DNA from: an uncultured Actinomycetota bacterium
GTDB lineage: Bacteria > Actinomycetota > Humimicrobiia > Humimicrobiales > Humimicrobiaceae
Direction of reading: 5' to 3'
Length of the DNA stretch: 64,000 bases
Assembly (NCBI GenBank): GCA_964561115.1
Contig: CAZLOE010000004.1
Location: forward strand, 70 to 64,069
Shown: in pieces, positions 1 through 8,610 of the stretch
Numbering within the stretch: the first letter of the stretch is position 1
How the letters are laid out: each line of letters begins with the position of its first letter
The notes under the pieces: generated by a model
Told to the model about the DNA's origin: nothing
Database searches by the model: none
Seen by the model: the letters and a program-made list of their open reading frames with translations, nothing else
Position numbers and translations under genes: made by a program

Positions 1-59
1 GAACATAATAAAAAGGGTAGAGGACCCTCATATATCACAATACGTGTTTGTATAATAAT

Positions 60-79
60 AATACCTATATATAGGTATT
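60..79. repeat. 20-bp perfect palindrome AATACCTATATATAGGTATT immediately left of repeat copy 1
   Basis: Read directly from the sequence; the reverse complement is identical. Confidence 0.9.
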
Positions 80-83
80 AAAC

Positions 84-113
84 TGGTAGCCCCAAGTTAC
101 AAAATTTCGAACC
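84..113. repeat. tRNA-3'-end-like repeat, copy 1 (rc = GGTTCGAAATTTTGTAACTTGGGGCTACCA), downstream of the DinB-like gene
   Basis: Shares the core GGTTCGA...TTGGGGCT(A)CCA with copies at 763-791 and 1916-1940. The rc reads like a T-loop plus acceptor 3' strand plus CCA. Confidence 0.7.
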
Positions 114-177
114 GGATTATAAAAGAAATAATTAAAATTAATAATTTTATATAATAATGTAAAATTTTATATAGAGA

Positions 178-684
178 TTATTCAGCACCCTGTTCTTTTG
201 TTTGTGGTACCCACCTTAATTTATATTCAGACTGTAAAATCAAGCGGGTTATAAATGTTATTTGTCCTGCATGCAATTCTAAATGGGTAACTGTTCCAAA
301 TATTGCGCTCAAAGCATTTTCGTCAAATCCTTGTATTCGTTTCTTCTCAAGCAAATTAGCGGGATTAAAATCATTTACTGTTTTTATGCAATCATGAATA
401 ATCTTTTGAAATCTATCTATTAGCTCTTGCTTGCTAAGTTTATCAGTATCACTAAATTCCAAAGGACGATTCCTTATGTCTTCAAGCTCGCCAATTCCAG
501 AAATAATCCATTGTCTTAGGTTACCACATAGATGATTGATTATTATTCCAATGCTATTTACATTATCATTTGGCTTATACCATATATGTTCATCTTTCAG
601 TTGATTAAGGCAGTGGATAATCCTTTCAAATGCATTATTTATACTTTTATTTGTTTCTTTTAGAAATTGTTCTTCAAAATTCAT
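178..684 (-). CDS. DinB/YfiT-like (DinB_2/DUF1572-type) metal-dependent protein
   Basis: 168-aa ORF with spaced His motifs (IINHLCGNLRQW, HLELHAGQ) typical of the DinB/YfiT four-helix-bundle family. Confidence 0.5.
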   Translation of the reverse strand: MNFEEQFLKETNKSINNAFERIIHCLNQLKDEHIWYKPNDNVNSIGIIINHLCGNLRQWIISGIGELEDIRNRPLEFSDTDKLSKQELIDRFQKIIHDCIKTVNDFNPANLLEKKRIQGFDENALSAIFGTVTHLELHAGQITFITRLILQSEYKLRWVPQTKEQGAE

Positions 685-762
685 TTTTTCTCCTCGGTGA
701 CAATGATATTTATTGTGATTAATTATAAGTTATGACCAGACTTATTGAAATTTTAATTTTAA

Positions 763-791
763 TGGAGCCCCAAGTATTGAAATTTCGAACC
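763..791. repeat. tRNA-3'-end-like repeat, copy 2 (rc = GGTTCGAAATTTCAATACTTGGGGCTCCA), downstream of the Abi gene
   Basis: Near-identical to copy 1. Confidence 0.7.
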
Positions 792-883
792 AAATATTAA
801 AAGAAGTAATCAATATTAGAGAGTTATTTTTCGATAAATAACTTTATTATAAGTCCCTTGCTATTAATTCTATTCTCTATTAC

Positions 884-1738
884 TTATTTCGCTAACTTGG
901 ATAAATAATTTTTAGGAAAACCGATTAAGTTTAAATCTATATCATCTTTATATTCAATTATTAAAGAATCTAATTTTGCTAAAAAATCAGACCAAATAAA
1001 TTTATCAGCAATAATCTTTTTTAGTATAAATAAGGAATCAAAGATTTTCATGGTTCTATTAAGATTATCCTCTCTTAGAAGTTTTAACTTGGGAATAAGA
1101 TTTTTATTATATAACCTACCATAGTGTGCACAGGTATTACGGATAACTGAGAAATGTTGAAGCCAGTTTTCAAAAATCATCGAATCATATTTATAATTAG
1201 ATCTCGAAAATTCTTTTTTATCAGCAGTATTAATATTTTTAAAAAATTTTGAAATATTACTAAGAGATAAGATTTCTATTAATACCCAAAATGGAAATCT
1301 ACCATTGTATTTTTCTAAATGATGTTTTACAAATAATTCATTTTTTGATTGCCTTATACATCTATTTATATTACTAATAAAATCGAAATACAATTTGGTG
1401 TTTTTGAAAAAATTTATATTTAAATAAAACTCACTTCCGTATTTATTACACATAAAATACGCCAGTTTAGCCCTAAAAGACACCTCAAGAACTTCCAGGA
1501 GAGGAAAGATTGCCTGTCTTAATGATCTATCAAAATTGTATATCTTTGTAAAAGTGGAAAATTTAGTATTTTCCTTGTAGGTTTCCTGCTCGGTTTTAAA
1601 CTGATAAGCATATCCCATTAATCGATAATAATTATTATTCGCTAGAAAGAATTTAGCAAATTCATGGTCGTTAATAACAATTCCACGTTCTTTAAGTAAA
1701 GTTATTTGTTCTTCTATTGTTTTAGCTGGTTTTAACAA
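884..1738 (-). CDS. Abi-like (Abi_2 / AbiD-AbiF family) abortive-infection protein
   Basis: 284-aa ORF. The N-terminal 'TIEEQITLLKERGIVIND..FAKFFLANNNYYRLMGY' and C-terminal 'IRNTCAHYGRLYN' blocks are characteristic of Pfam Abi_2 (PF07751). Very AT-rich. Confidence 0.6.
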   Translation of the reverse strand: MLKPAKTIEEQITLLKERGIVINDHEFAKFFLANNNYYRLMGYAYQFKTEQETYKENTKFSTFTKIYNFDRSLRQAIFPLLEVLEVSFRAKLAYFMCNKYGSEFYLNINFFKNTKLYFDFISNINRCIRQSKNELFVKHHLEKYNGRFPFWVLIEILSLSNISKFFKNINTADKKEFSRSNYKYDSMIFENWLQHFSVIRNTCAHYGRLYNKNLIPKLKLLREDNLNRTMKIFDSLFILKKIIADKFIWSDFLAKLDSLIIEYKDDIDLNLIGFPKNYLSKLAK

Positions 1739-1915
1739 TTGATGATCTCAAAGTTATTCTAAAAAAAATGTCCCAGACTGGTCCGCATTGTGAAGAGGCG
1801 TTCTGGGATCTGTTAATAATAATTATACTGGATATGATTTAACTGTCAATAAAAAAAAATTACTTAAATTTATACTAAAATAATATATTAATAATTTATA
1901 ATTTATTAAAAAAGC

Positions 1916-1940
1916 TGGTAGCCCCAAAGTGACTCGAACC
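1916..1940. repeat. tRNA-3'-end-like repeat, copy 3 (rc = GGTTCGAGTCACTTTGGGGCTACCA), 2 nt after the ABC permease stop
   Basis: rc parses exactly as T-loop TTCGAGT + T-stem CACTT + acceptor TGGGGCT + discriminator A + CCA. The 5' half of the T-stem is not complementary, so this is a fragment, not a gene. Confidence 0.7.
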
Positions 1941-1942
1941 AT

Positions 1943-2734
1943 TTAAGCTTTCATCTTCCATCTTGTAAGTATATTTTCCCTGTCAAAAATCTTAACTGCA
2001 AGCCTCAGTACAAATGGGCAAACTATCAGGAGGACCAGGCTGCCTATCAGAAGATAAGTTATGTTTAAGAGAAAAAGCCCTGCCAGCTGAAGGCCGATGA
2101 TCAGGTAAATGGGCAGTATTATTACTGCACCTACCCCCTGAGCAGACCTTATATCTGTAGATTTAGATGAGACTATCACGCTGGCCATTGTGATTATAAA
2201 AGACAGTATCGGGCTTAAAAGGAAAGCTACTATGACCCATTCTGCATTGGGCAGTGGCATGTAGCCTAATTTAATATAGGCGGAGATATCCACTACTATA
2301 ATCAGTATAATAAAATTGATAGTGGAAATGACAAATGTAGGTATAAGCGCAGTAAGCGATTTTCCAAGGAGCAGCTCTGATGTCTTTAGCGGTGTTGCCA
2401 GCAGCGGTTCAAGCGTATTGTTTTCTTTTTCCATTATTATAGAAGCAGGAGCGATAAGACTGGGTACCATTGCAGGCAGAAACAAAAGGAATATAAGAAG
2501 CTGTTTTAGTATAAACCCTATGAGTACCCTTAAGGGTTCATCGACCTGGCCGAAGACTTTGTTAATAAAATTCAGTGTATCTTCATCTTCCAGTATGGGT
2601 GAACTTCCGAGAATAAAGCCAAGCGGAAGGGAGATTGAAAATATTAGCGTTATTATAAGAATGGGCAGCCATATGTTCTTGTTTTTTATTATCTCTTTTA
2701 TTTCTTTTTTAAAAATTAAACAAGCGTTTTTCAT
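1943..2734 (-). CDS. ABC-2 family exporter permease
   Basis: 263-aa polytopic hydrophobic protein; its start overlaps the ATPase stop by 4 nt. Confidence 0.6.
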   Translation of the reverse strand: MKNACLIFKKEIKEIIKNKNIWLPILIITLIFSISLPLGFILGSSPILEDEDTLNFINKVFGQVDEPLRVLIGFILKQLLIFLLFLPAMVPSLIAPASIIMEKENNTLEPLLATPLKTSELLLGKSLTALIPTFVISTINFIILIIVVDISAYIKLGYMPLPNAEWVIVAFLLSPILSFIITMASVIVSSKSTDIRSAQGVGAVIILPIYLIIGLQLAGLFLLNITYLLIGSLVLLIVCPFVLRLAVKIFDRENILTRWKMKA

Positions 2735-3654
2735 TTTCCCTTTTCATCCCTTATAAGATCTAGATATATTTCCTCCAGGCTTGCCTTTATCTGGTTAAAG
2801 TAAATTATTTTAGCTCTACTGTCTACCAGTTTCTTTAAGATTATCGGATTTGAAATCTCCGGATTTTCAATCACCAGCATTGCCTTGTTTTTGTCTGTCT
2901 GGATATTTTTTATATGGCTTGTTTCTTTTATCAATTTTGTATACTTATCTGCATCATCTCTAAATACAATCTCCACTCTTTTACCTCTATCGCCGTTCTG
3001 CAGTTCTAAGAGAGTAGCGATCCTTATTATCTTTTTCTTTATGATGCATACTCTGTCAGAAAGGCTGGATGCTTCTTCAAGATTATGGGTACAGAGAAAC
3101 ACTGTCGTTTTCTCTTTTTTTAAGCTGTCAATAAAATTCCTTACCATATGGGCGCTTTCCGGATCCAGCCCCGCTGTGGGTTCATCAAGCAGCAGTATCT
3201 TAGGCTCATGTATAAGCGCCCTGGACAGCGCCAGTTTTTGTTTCATACCCTTGGAATAAGTGCCTGCAAGATCGTCTTTTCTTTCCCAGAGGTCAAACAT
3301 CTTCAGGTATTTTTCAATATTTTTGTTTCTCCTGTCGTCAGGGATATTATAGAAGCTGGAATAATATTTAAGATTGTCATAGGCAGATATTTTTTCGTAC
3401 ATTCCGGGAGACTCGGTCAGAAGTCCCGTTATTTCTCTTATGTATTCACCGTGGCTCCGGGTGTCCTTGCCGTTTATGGTTATTTTCCCGGAATCCGGGG
3501 AAATGAGTGTTGAGAGCATCCTAATGGTGGTGGTCTTTCCGGCTCCATTAGGGCCTAAAAAGCCGAATATCTCACTTTCATCTATATCAAAGGAGATGTT
3601 TTCAACCGCGGTTATATCTTTAAATTTTCGGGTAAGATTTTCTACTGTTATCAT
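2731..3654 (-). CDS. ABC transporter ATP-binding protein (ABC-2 / NatA-like)
   Basis: Walker A GPNGAGKTT, signature-like YSKGMKQKLALSRAL, Walker B ILLLDEPTAGLD, H-loop CTHNLEE. Confidence 0.85.
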   Translation of the reverse strand: MITVENLTRKFKDITAVENISFDIDESEIFGFLGPNGAGKTTTIRMLSTLISPDSGKITINGKDTRSHGEYIREITGLLTESPGMYEKISAYDNLKYYSSFYNIPDDRRNKNIEKYLKMFDLWERKDDLAGTYSKGMKQKLALSRALIHEPKILLLDEPTAGLDPESAHMVRNFIDSLKKEKTTVFLCTHNLEEASSLSDRVCIIKKKIIRIATLLELQNGDRGKRVEIVFRDDADKYTKLIKETSHIKNIQTDKNKAMLVIENPEISNPIILKKLVDSRAKIIYFNQIKASLEEIYLDLIRDEKGK

Positions 3655-3825
3655 AGAATAGGATTTTACCCTTAATACCTTGATTTATCAATCAAAGAGG
3701 CTGGAAAGCTTTTTATTTAATTGTAGATATTCCTTTTGAGATTTTAACCGGCTTTTAATATAATTTCTTTTATTGAAGAAAAACATAGTTTAGTGATTTA
3801 CCAAAAAAGTTATACGGGAGCGGAT

Positions 3826-4419
3826 ATGAGTACAGAAACAAAGACTAAAAAAATAGATGTTCTTATGATAGACAATTATGATTCCTTTACTTTCAATCTG
3901 GTGCAGTTTCTGGGTATTTTAGGAGAGAATATTAAGGTCAGAAGAAATGATAAGATAAGTCTTGATGAAATCGAGAAGATGTCACCGTCAAAAATAGTGA
4001 TCTCGCCCGGACCCGGCAGGCCCGCAGGTGCGGGTATTTCAAAGGACTTAATAAATCGTTTCTACAGGGAGATACCTATACTGGGAGTGTGTCTGGGTCA
4101 CCAGTGTATTGGAGAAGTATTTGGCGCGGAAGTCATAAATTCCGGAGAGGTCGTCCACGGCAAGACGTCGATGATCTATCACGACGGCAGAAGTATTTTT
4201 AAAGGTATTGAAAGTCCTTTTGAAGCTGCAAGATACCACTCTCTGATTTTAAAAAAGGATACTATTCCTCCTTCACTTGTAGTGACTGCCCATACCCAGG
4301 ACGGTATTGTGATGGGAGTAAGACATAAAGATTACAGATTGGAAGGGATACAATTTCACCCTGAATCCTTCCTGACTCCGGTTGGAATGAAAATACTTAA
4401 GAATTTTATTGACCTATGA
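3826..4419 (+). CDS. pabA: aminodeoxychorismate/anthranilate synthase glutamine amidotransferase component
   Basis: Class-I GATase motifs (GVCLGHQ catalytic Cys, HPES). I prefer the ATG at 3826 because GGGAG lies 7 nt upstream; the ORF track's GTG at 3793 is the alternative. Confidence 0.8.
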   Translation: MSTETKTKKIDVLMIDNYDSFTFNLVQFLGILGENIKVRRNDKISLDEIEKMSPSKIVISPGPGRPAGAGISKDLINRFYREIPILGVCLGHQCIGEVFGAEVINSGEVVHGKTSMIYHDGRSIFKGIESPFEAARYHSLILKKDTIPPSLVVTAHTQDGIVMGVRHKDYRLEGIQFHPESFLTPVGMKILKNFIDL

Positions 4420-6014
4420 ACATCCTCTCTACAATTTCGGCAATTGACTTAAAAATACTGCCCCAGGATGCGGCCTATATTTTAAAGGATAAAAGTCACC
4501 TGTGTTTTTTAGACAGCAGCCTCTACCCTAACAAGTATTCTAAATTTTCTTATATTGCCTGGGATCCTAAATTTGTTATAAAAAGCTGGGGTTATAAGAA
4601 TGAGTTTATCTCAGTCCCACAAGGTATAGGGTATTATTCATACCAGCATCCTCTGTCATTTCTAAAGGAGAATATAAAAAATTATACCTTAAGCCCTCCA
4701 GGCAGTGAGATAGGAAGTATAAAGCCGGTCTTTATAAGCGGCGGCAGAGTGGAGAAAGTGACCAAAGACCATAAGGAAAAGCTGCCTGACTTCAGGGGCG
4801 GCTTTACCGGTTATTTTTCTTATGATCTTAAGAACTATATTGAAAAGCTTCCTCAAAGTGTTGTGGATGATATCGGTCTTCCCCTTTTTTATCTTAATTA
4901 TTATGACAGGGTGCTTGCATACAGCCATATTGAGGGCAGGTGGTATTTTACCAGGAATTTTTTGGTAAAAGGAAAAAAGAAAGAAAACAAGGGTGTTTTT
5001 GAAGCCGCCTTCTTAAAAGACGATTATGTGGATCCTGTTGTAAAGGGCAGTGAGCTTGCAGAAAAGATCAATATAGAATTAGAGGGTATTTTAAGAGGTT
5101 TTAAAAAACCAGAAGATATCAGGAAAAAGATAATAGAAAAATACTATAAGAAAAAGATATCCAACATAAAGTTTAAATCAAATATTAAAAAACCTGATTA
5201 TGTAAAAAGGGTCATAAAAACCAAGGAATACATCCATAACGGCGACATATATCAGGCAAACTTCAGCCAGAGGTTTGAAGCAGATTTGCCGGTGGAACCG
5301 ATAGACCTTTATTATATACTAAGGGAAAAGAACGCTGCACCATTCTCTGCTTTTATGGATTTTAACGGGTTCAGCATAGGCAGTTCATCGCCGGAAAGAT
5401 TTCTATTATTACAGGGTGATGTCATAGAGACGCGGCCCATAAAGGGGACAAGGCCCAGGGGGAAAGACGATTTGAATGACAGAGAAAAGATAACGGAGCT
5501 GGAAGGAAGCATCAAGGACAGGGCAGAACTTAATATGATTGTGGATCTTGAGCGAAATGACCTGGGAAAGTTCTGCTATTACGGTACGGTCAGGGTTGCA
5601 GAACACGCAGTGGTTGAAAAATATGCAACGGTTTTTCACTCTGTTTCAACTGTGACCGGGAAGGTAAAGAAGCGGGTGGATATCTCTGATATTATAAAGG
5701 CATCATTTCCCGGAGGTTCAATAACAGGTGCGCCTAAAATAAGGGCAATGGAGATAATCGATGAGCTGGAAACTATAGCCAGGAATGTGTATACGGGTTC
5801 GCTGGGCTATATCGGAATTGACTGTACTATGGATATAAATATCGTAATAAGGACATTTGTTATAAAGAAAAATAAGTTTTATTATAATGTAGGCGGAGGA
5901 ATTGTCGAGGATTCGGTTCCGGAAGATGAATATAAGGAGACACTGGATAAGAGTATCGCTCTTAAAGATACTCTAAGATTTTTTATCGCAAAGAATTTAA
6001 AAAAGTTTTTATAA
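4416..6014 (+). CDS. pabB: aminodeoxychorismate synthase component I (chorismate-binding enzyme)
   Basis: Chorismate-binding C-terminal domain (GDIYQANFSQRF, FPGGSITGAPKIRAMEII, TGSLGYIG). Start overlaps the pabA stop. Followed by a class-IV aminotransferase/ADC-lyase-like gene. Confidence 0.7.
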   Translation: MNILSTISAIDLKILPQDAAYILKDKSHLCFLDSSLYPNKYSKFSYIAWDPKFVIKSWGYKNEFISVPQGIGYYSYQHPLSFLKENIKNYTLSPPGSEIGSIKPVFISGGRVEKVTKDHKEKLPDFRGGFTGYFSYDLKNYIEKLPQSVVDDIGLPLFYLNYYDRVLAYSHIEGRWYFTRNFLVKGKKKENKGVFEAAFLKDDYVDPVVKGSELAEKINIELEGILRGFKKPEDIRKKIIEKYYKKKISNIKFKSNIKKPDYVKRVIKTKEYIHNGDIYQANFSQRFEADLPVEPIDLYYILREKNAAPFSAFMDFNGFSIGSSSPERFLLLQGDVIETRPIKGTRPRGKDDLNDREKITELEGSIKDRAELNMIVDLERNDLGKFCYYGTVRVAEHAVVEKYATVFHSVSTVTGKVKKRVDISDIIKASFPGGSITGAPKIRAMEIIDELETIARNVYTGSLGYIGIDCTMDINIVIRTFVIKKNKFYYNVGGGIVEDSVPEDEYKETLDKSIALKDTLRFFIAKNLKKFL

Positions 6015-6036
6015 AATTTCTACAGGACAAACTGCC

Positions 6037-6936
6037 ATGTTTAAATATGTTTTTATTAATGGAAAACTGGTCATTGAACATAAAGCCAGAATATCGGTAA
6101 AGGACAGAGGGTTTTTATATGGTGACGGTCTGTACGAGACCCTGAGAGGTTTCAAAGATAATCTGTTTATGCTTGATGCCCATGTTCAGAGGCTGTTTCA
6201 CTCACTTAAAATCTTAAAATACAACGTCACTTTTAATAGTGAATATTTAAAGGATGCTGTAGTCAAAACTGTGAGAAAGAATAACCTCACAAGGTGCGAT
6301 TCTTATATAAAGATAATCGTCACCAGGGGAATTTACAACGGGGATTTCCATTTCAGCAGCAGCTGCAGGCCCAACCTTATAATACTTGCTGAAAAACTCA
6401 AACCCTACCCTCAGGAAGATTATATCGAAGGGATAAATATCATCTCTTCTTCAATAAAAAGGCAGTCAGTGGGACGGAGTCTCTATTCTCATAAGCTTAT
6501 AAATTATTTTGAGAATATTTTTGCCAAGGATGAAGCCCATAAAAAAAGTGCCGGGGAGGCTGTTTTTTTGACCAGGGACCGGCTGGTCCTGGAGGGGGCA
6601 TCGAGCAATATATTTATGGTGAAAAGAGGTTCAGTATATACCCCTCCGCTGACACAGAATATTTTACCTGGTGTTACCAGGGAAGTGGTGATAGATATAT
6701 GCAGGGAAAACATGATAAAAATAAAAGAGAAAAAAATCCACTACCGGGATATCATAGGCGCGGATGAAGTTTTTAAAACCAGTTCTGTTGCCGGAGTGGT
6801 ACCGGTAAAGAAAATAGACTGGTTTGTCATAGGAAGAAGGATTCCCGGAAATATAACCTTAAGGATTATGGAATTATACGAAGATAAGGTTAAATCTTTG
6901 AGTATAAAATCAACTATGGAAGTGCAGAAAGGATAA
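6037..6936 (+). CDS. pabC: aminodeoxychorismate lyase / class-IV aminotransferase family
   Basis: DRGFLYGDGLYETLR motif of fold-type IV PLP enzymes; sits right after pabB. Confidence 0.6.
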   Translation: MFKYVFINGKLVIEHKARISVKDRGFLYGDGLYETLRGFKDNLFMLDAHVQRLFHSLKILKYNVTFNSEYLKDAVVKTVRKNNLTRCDSYIKIIVTRGIYNGDFHFSSSCRPNLIILAEKLKPYPQEDYIEGINIISSSIKRQSVGRSLYSHKLINYFENIFAKDEAHKKSAGEAVFLTRDRLVLEGASSNIFMVKRGSVYTPPLTQNILPGVTREVVIDICRENMIKIKEKKIHYRDIIGADEVFKTSSVAGVVPVKKIDWFVIGRRIPGNITLRIMELYEDKVKSLSIKSTMEVQKG

Positions 6937-6938
6937 AT

Positions 6939-7922
6939 ATGAAATACAGGACTTTAGGAAAAACCGGTTTTAAAGTTTCGGAGATCTCGCTGGGGACCTG
7001 GCAGCTTGGCGGAAAGTGGGGCACGAAATTTAGTTATGAGACGGCTGAGACAATCCTTGAAAAGGCGGTAGATGAAGGGGTAAATTTTATAGACACTGCC
7101 GATGTATACAACGATGGCTTAAGCGAAAAGGCCATTGGAAGATTTTTAAAAAAGGTAAACCGGAGGGTCTATGTAGCCACAAAGTCAGGAAGAAGGCTGG
7201 ACCCGCACACTTCAGAGGGGTATAACAAAAAAAACATTGTAGCATTTGTTGATGACAGCCTGAAAAATTTGGATCTTGAGACAATAGACTTGATACAGCT
7301 TCATTGTCCCCCGACCGAGGTGTACTCAAATCCGGAAGTCTTCGGTATTCTGGACGAACTTGTCAGTAAAGGAAAGGTTTTGAATTACGGCGTAAGTGTT
7401 GAAAAAGTGGAAGAGGCATTAAAAGCTATTCAGTATCCCAACTTAGCTACTGTTCAGATCATCTATAATATGTTCAGGCATAAACCTGCCGAGGATTTTT
7501 TTATTAGGGCAAGGGATAAAAATATCGGGATCATTATAAGAGTCCCTCTGGCAAGCGGCATGCTTACCGGTAAGTTTAAAAAGGATACAGTATTTTCAAA
7601 GGGAGACCACAGGTTCTTTAACCGGGAAGGCCAGGCTTTTGACAAGGGTGAGACATTTTCGGGAGTTCCTTATGAAGTGGGACTGGAAGCAGTAGAAGAA
7701 TTAAAGAAGGTATTTCCTGAAGGAAAACTTGCTCAGCATGCACTGCGGTGGATACTTATGAATGACTGCGTAAGCAGTGTCATACCGGGGGCCAGCAGGG
7801 TATCCCAGATCGAAGACAACGTAAAGGCTTCAGACCTTCCGCCGCTCACGGACAAGCAGATGGAAAAAGTCAGTGAGATATACCAAAAATACCTTAAAAT
7901 ATATGTCCACAGCAAGTGGTAA
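6939..7922 (+). CDS. aldo/keto reductase
   Basis: N-terminal LGTWQLGG block with NFIDTADVY motifs (AKR superfamily). Confidence 0.8.
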   Translation: MKYRTLGKTGFKVSEISLGTWQLGGKWGTKFSYETAETILEKAVDEGVNFIDTADVYNDGLSEKAIGRFLKKVNRRVYVATKSGRRLDPHTSEGYNKKNIVAFVDDSLKNLDLETIDLIQLHCPPTEVYSNPEVFGILDELVSKGKVLNYGVSVEKVEEALKAIQYPNLATVQIIYNMFRHKPAEDFFIRARDKNIGIIIRVPLASGMLTGKFKKDTVFSKGDHRFFNREGQAFDKGETFSGVPYEVGLEAVEELKKVFPEGKLAQHALRWILMNDCVSSVIPGASRVSQIEDNVKASDLPPLTDKQMEKVSEIYQKYLKIYVHSKW

Positions 7923-8051
7923 AAAACGATTTTACTTAAGAAAATCATAGTGTTAATATAAAGTGGCATTTGCTTAAATACTTGAAGTAAGTATGTAATT
8001 GGTGGAATCAAAAAAACAAATTGCTAATTATAAAAGAGGGGGTAATGGACA

Positions 8052-8585
8052 GTGAAGCAATTCACCAGTTTGATGAATCTGATAGAAACCAGAAAAAGCA
8101 TCAGATCTTATAAACCCCAGGAAGTAGAAGAAGAAAAACTAAATTATATTCTACAGGCGTTTAGAAAAGCTCCGTCTGCCAAAAACCTCCAGCCGTGGAA
8201 ATTGATTGTTGTAAAAGACAAGAAAAAAATAAGTGACCTATCCATAGCATGCAATAACCAGACTTTTCTGGCAGAAGCTCCTATAATTATTGTGGCCTGT
8301 GCCAAAGAAGAAGAAGCTTACGGGGTGATGGGCGGTTATATGAGCAGTTATCCCATAGATGTAGCGATTGCGCTGGAACACCTAATACTTGCTGCTACTG
8401 AAAAAGGGTTGGGCACCTGCTGGATTGGAGCATTTAAGGAAAAATTGGTGAAGGATCTGCTTGGTGTTCCGGAGGATGTAAGAGTGGTTGCAGTAACACC
8501 ATTAGGTTACCCGGCCAGAGAAGGCGGAGCCAGAGGAAGAAAACCCCTTGCCAAGATAGTCTCCTACGACAAGTATATAGACTGA
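8052..8585 (+). CDS. nitroreductase family protein
   Basis: RKSIRSYK N-terminal FMN-nitroreductase motif; GTG start with AGAGGGGG SD (ATG at 8073 is the alternative). Confidence 0.7.
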   Translation: MKQFTSLMNLIETRKSIRSYKPQEVEEEKLNYILQAFRKAPSAKNLQPWKLIVVKDKKKISDLSIACNNQTFLAEAPIIIVACAKEEEAYGVMGGYMSSYPIDVAIALEHLILAATEKGLGTCWIGAFKEKLVKDLLGVPEDVRVVAVTPLGYPAREGGARGRKPLAKIVSYDKYID

Positions 8586-8610
8586 TAAAGGTTTATAGAT
8601 CAATTTATTT

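Noticed and set aside
84-1940. Integron attC (59-be) interpretation of the three cassette-terminal repeats
   Set aside because: No RYYYAAC / GTTRRRY core pair and no extended imperfect palindrome of attC type. The repeat instead matches the T-loop/acceptor/CCA layout of a tRNA 3' end.
84-1945. Repeats as intact minus-strand tRNA genes
   Set aside because: The 5' half of the T-stem and everything upstream do not fold. Copy 3 overlaps the permease stop codon.
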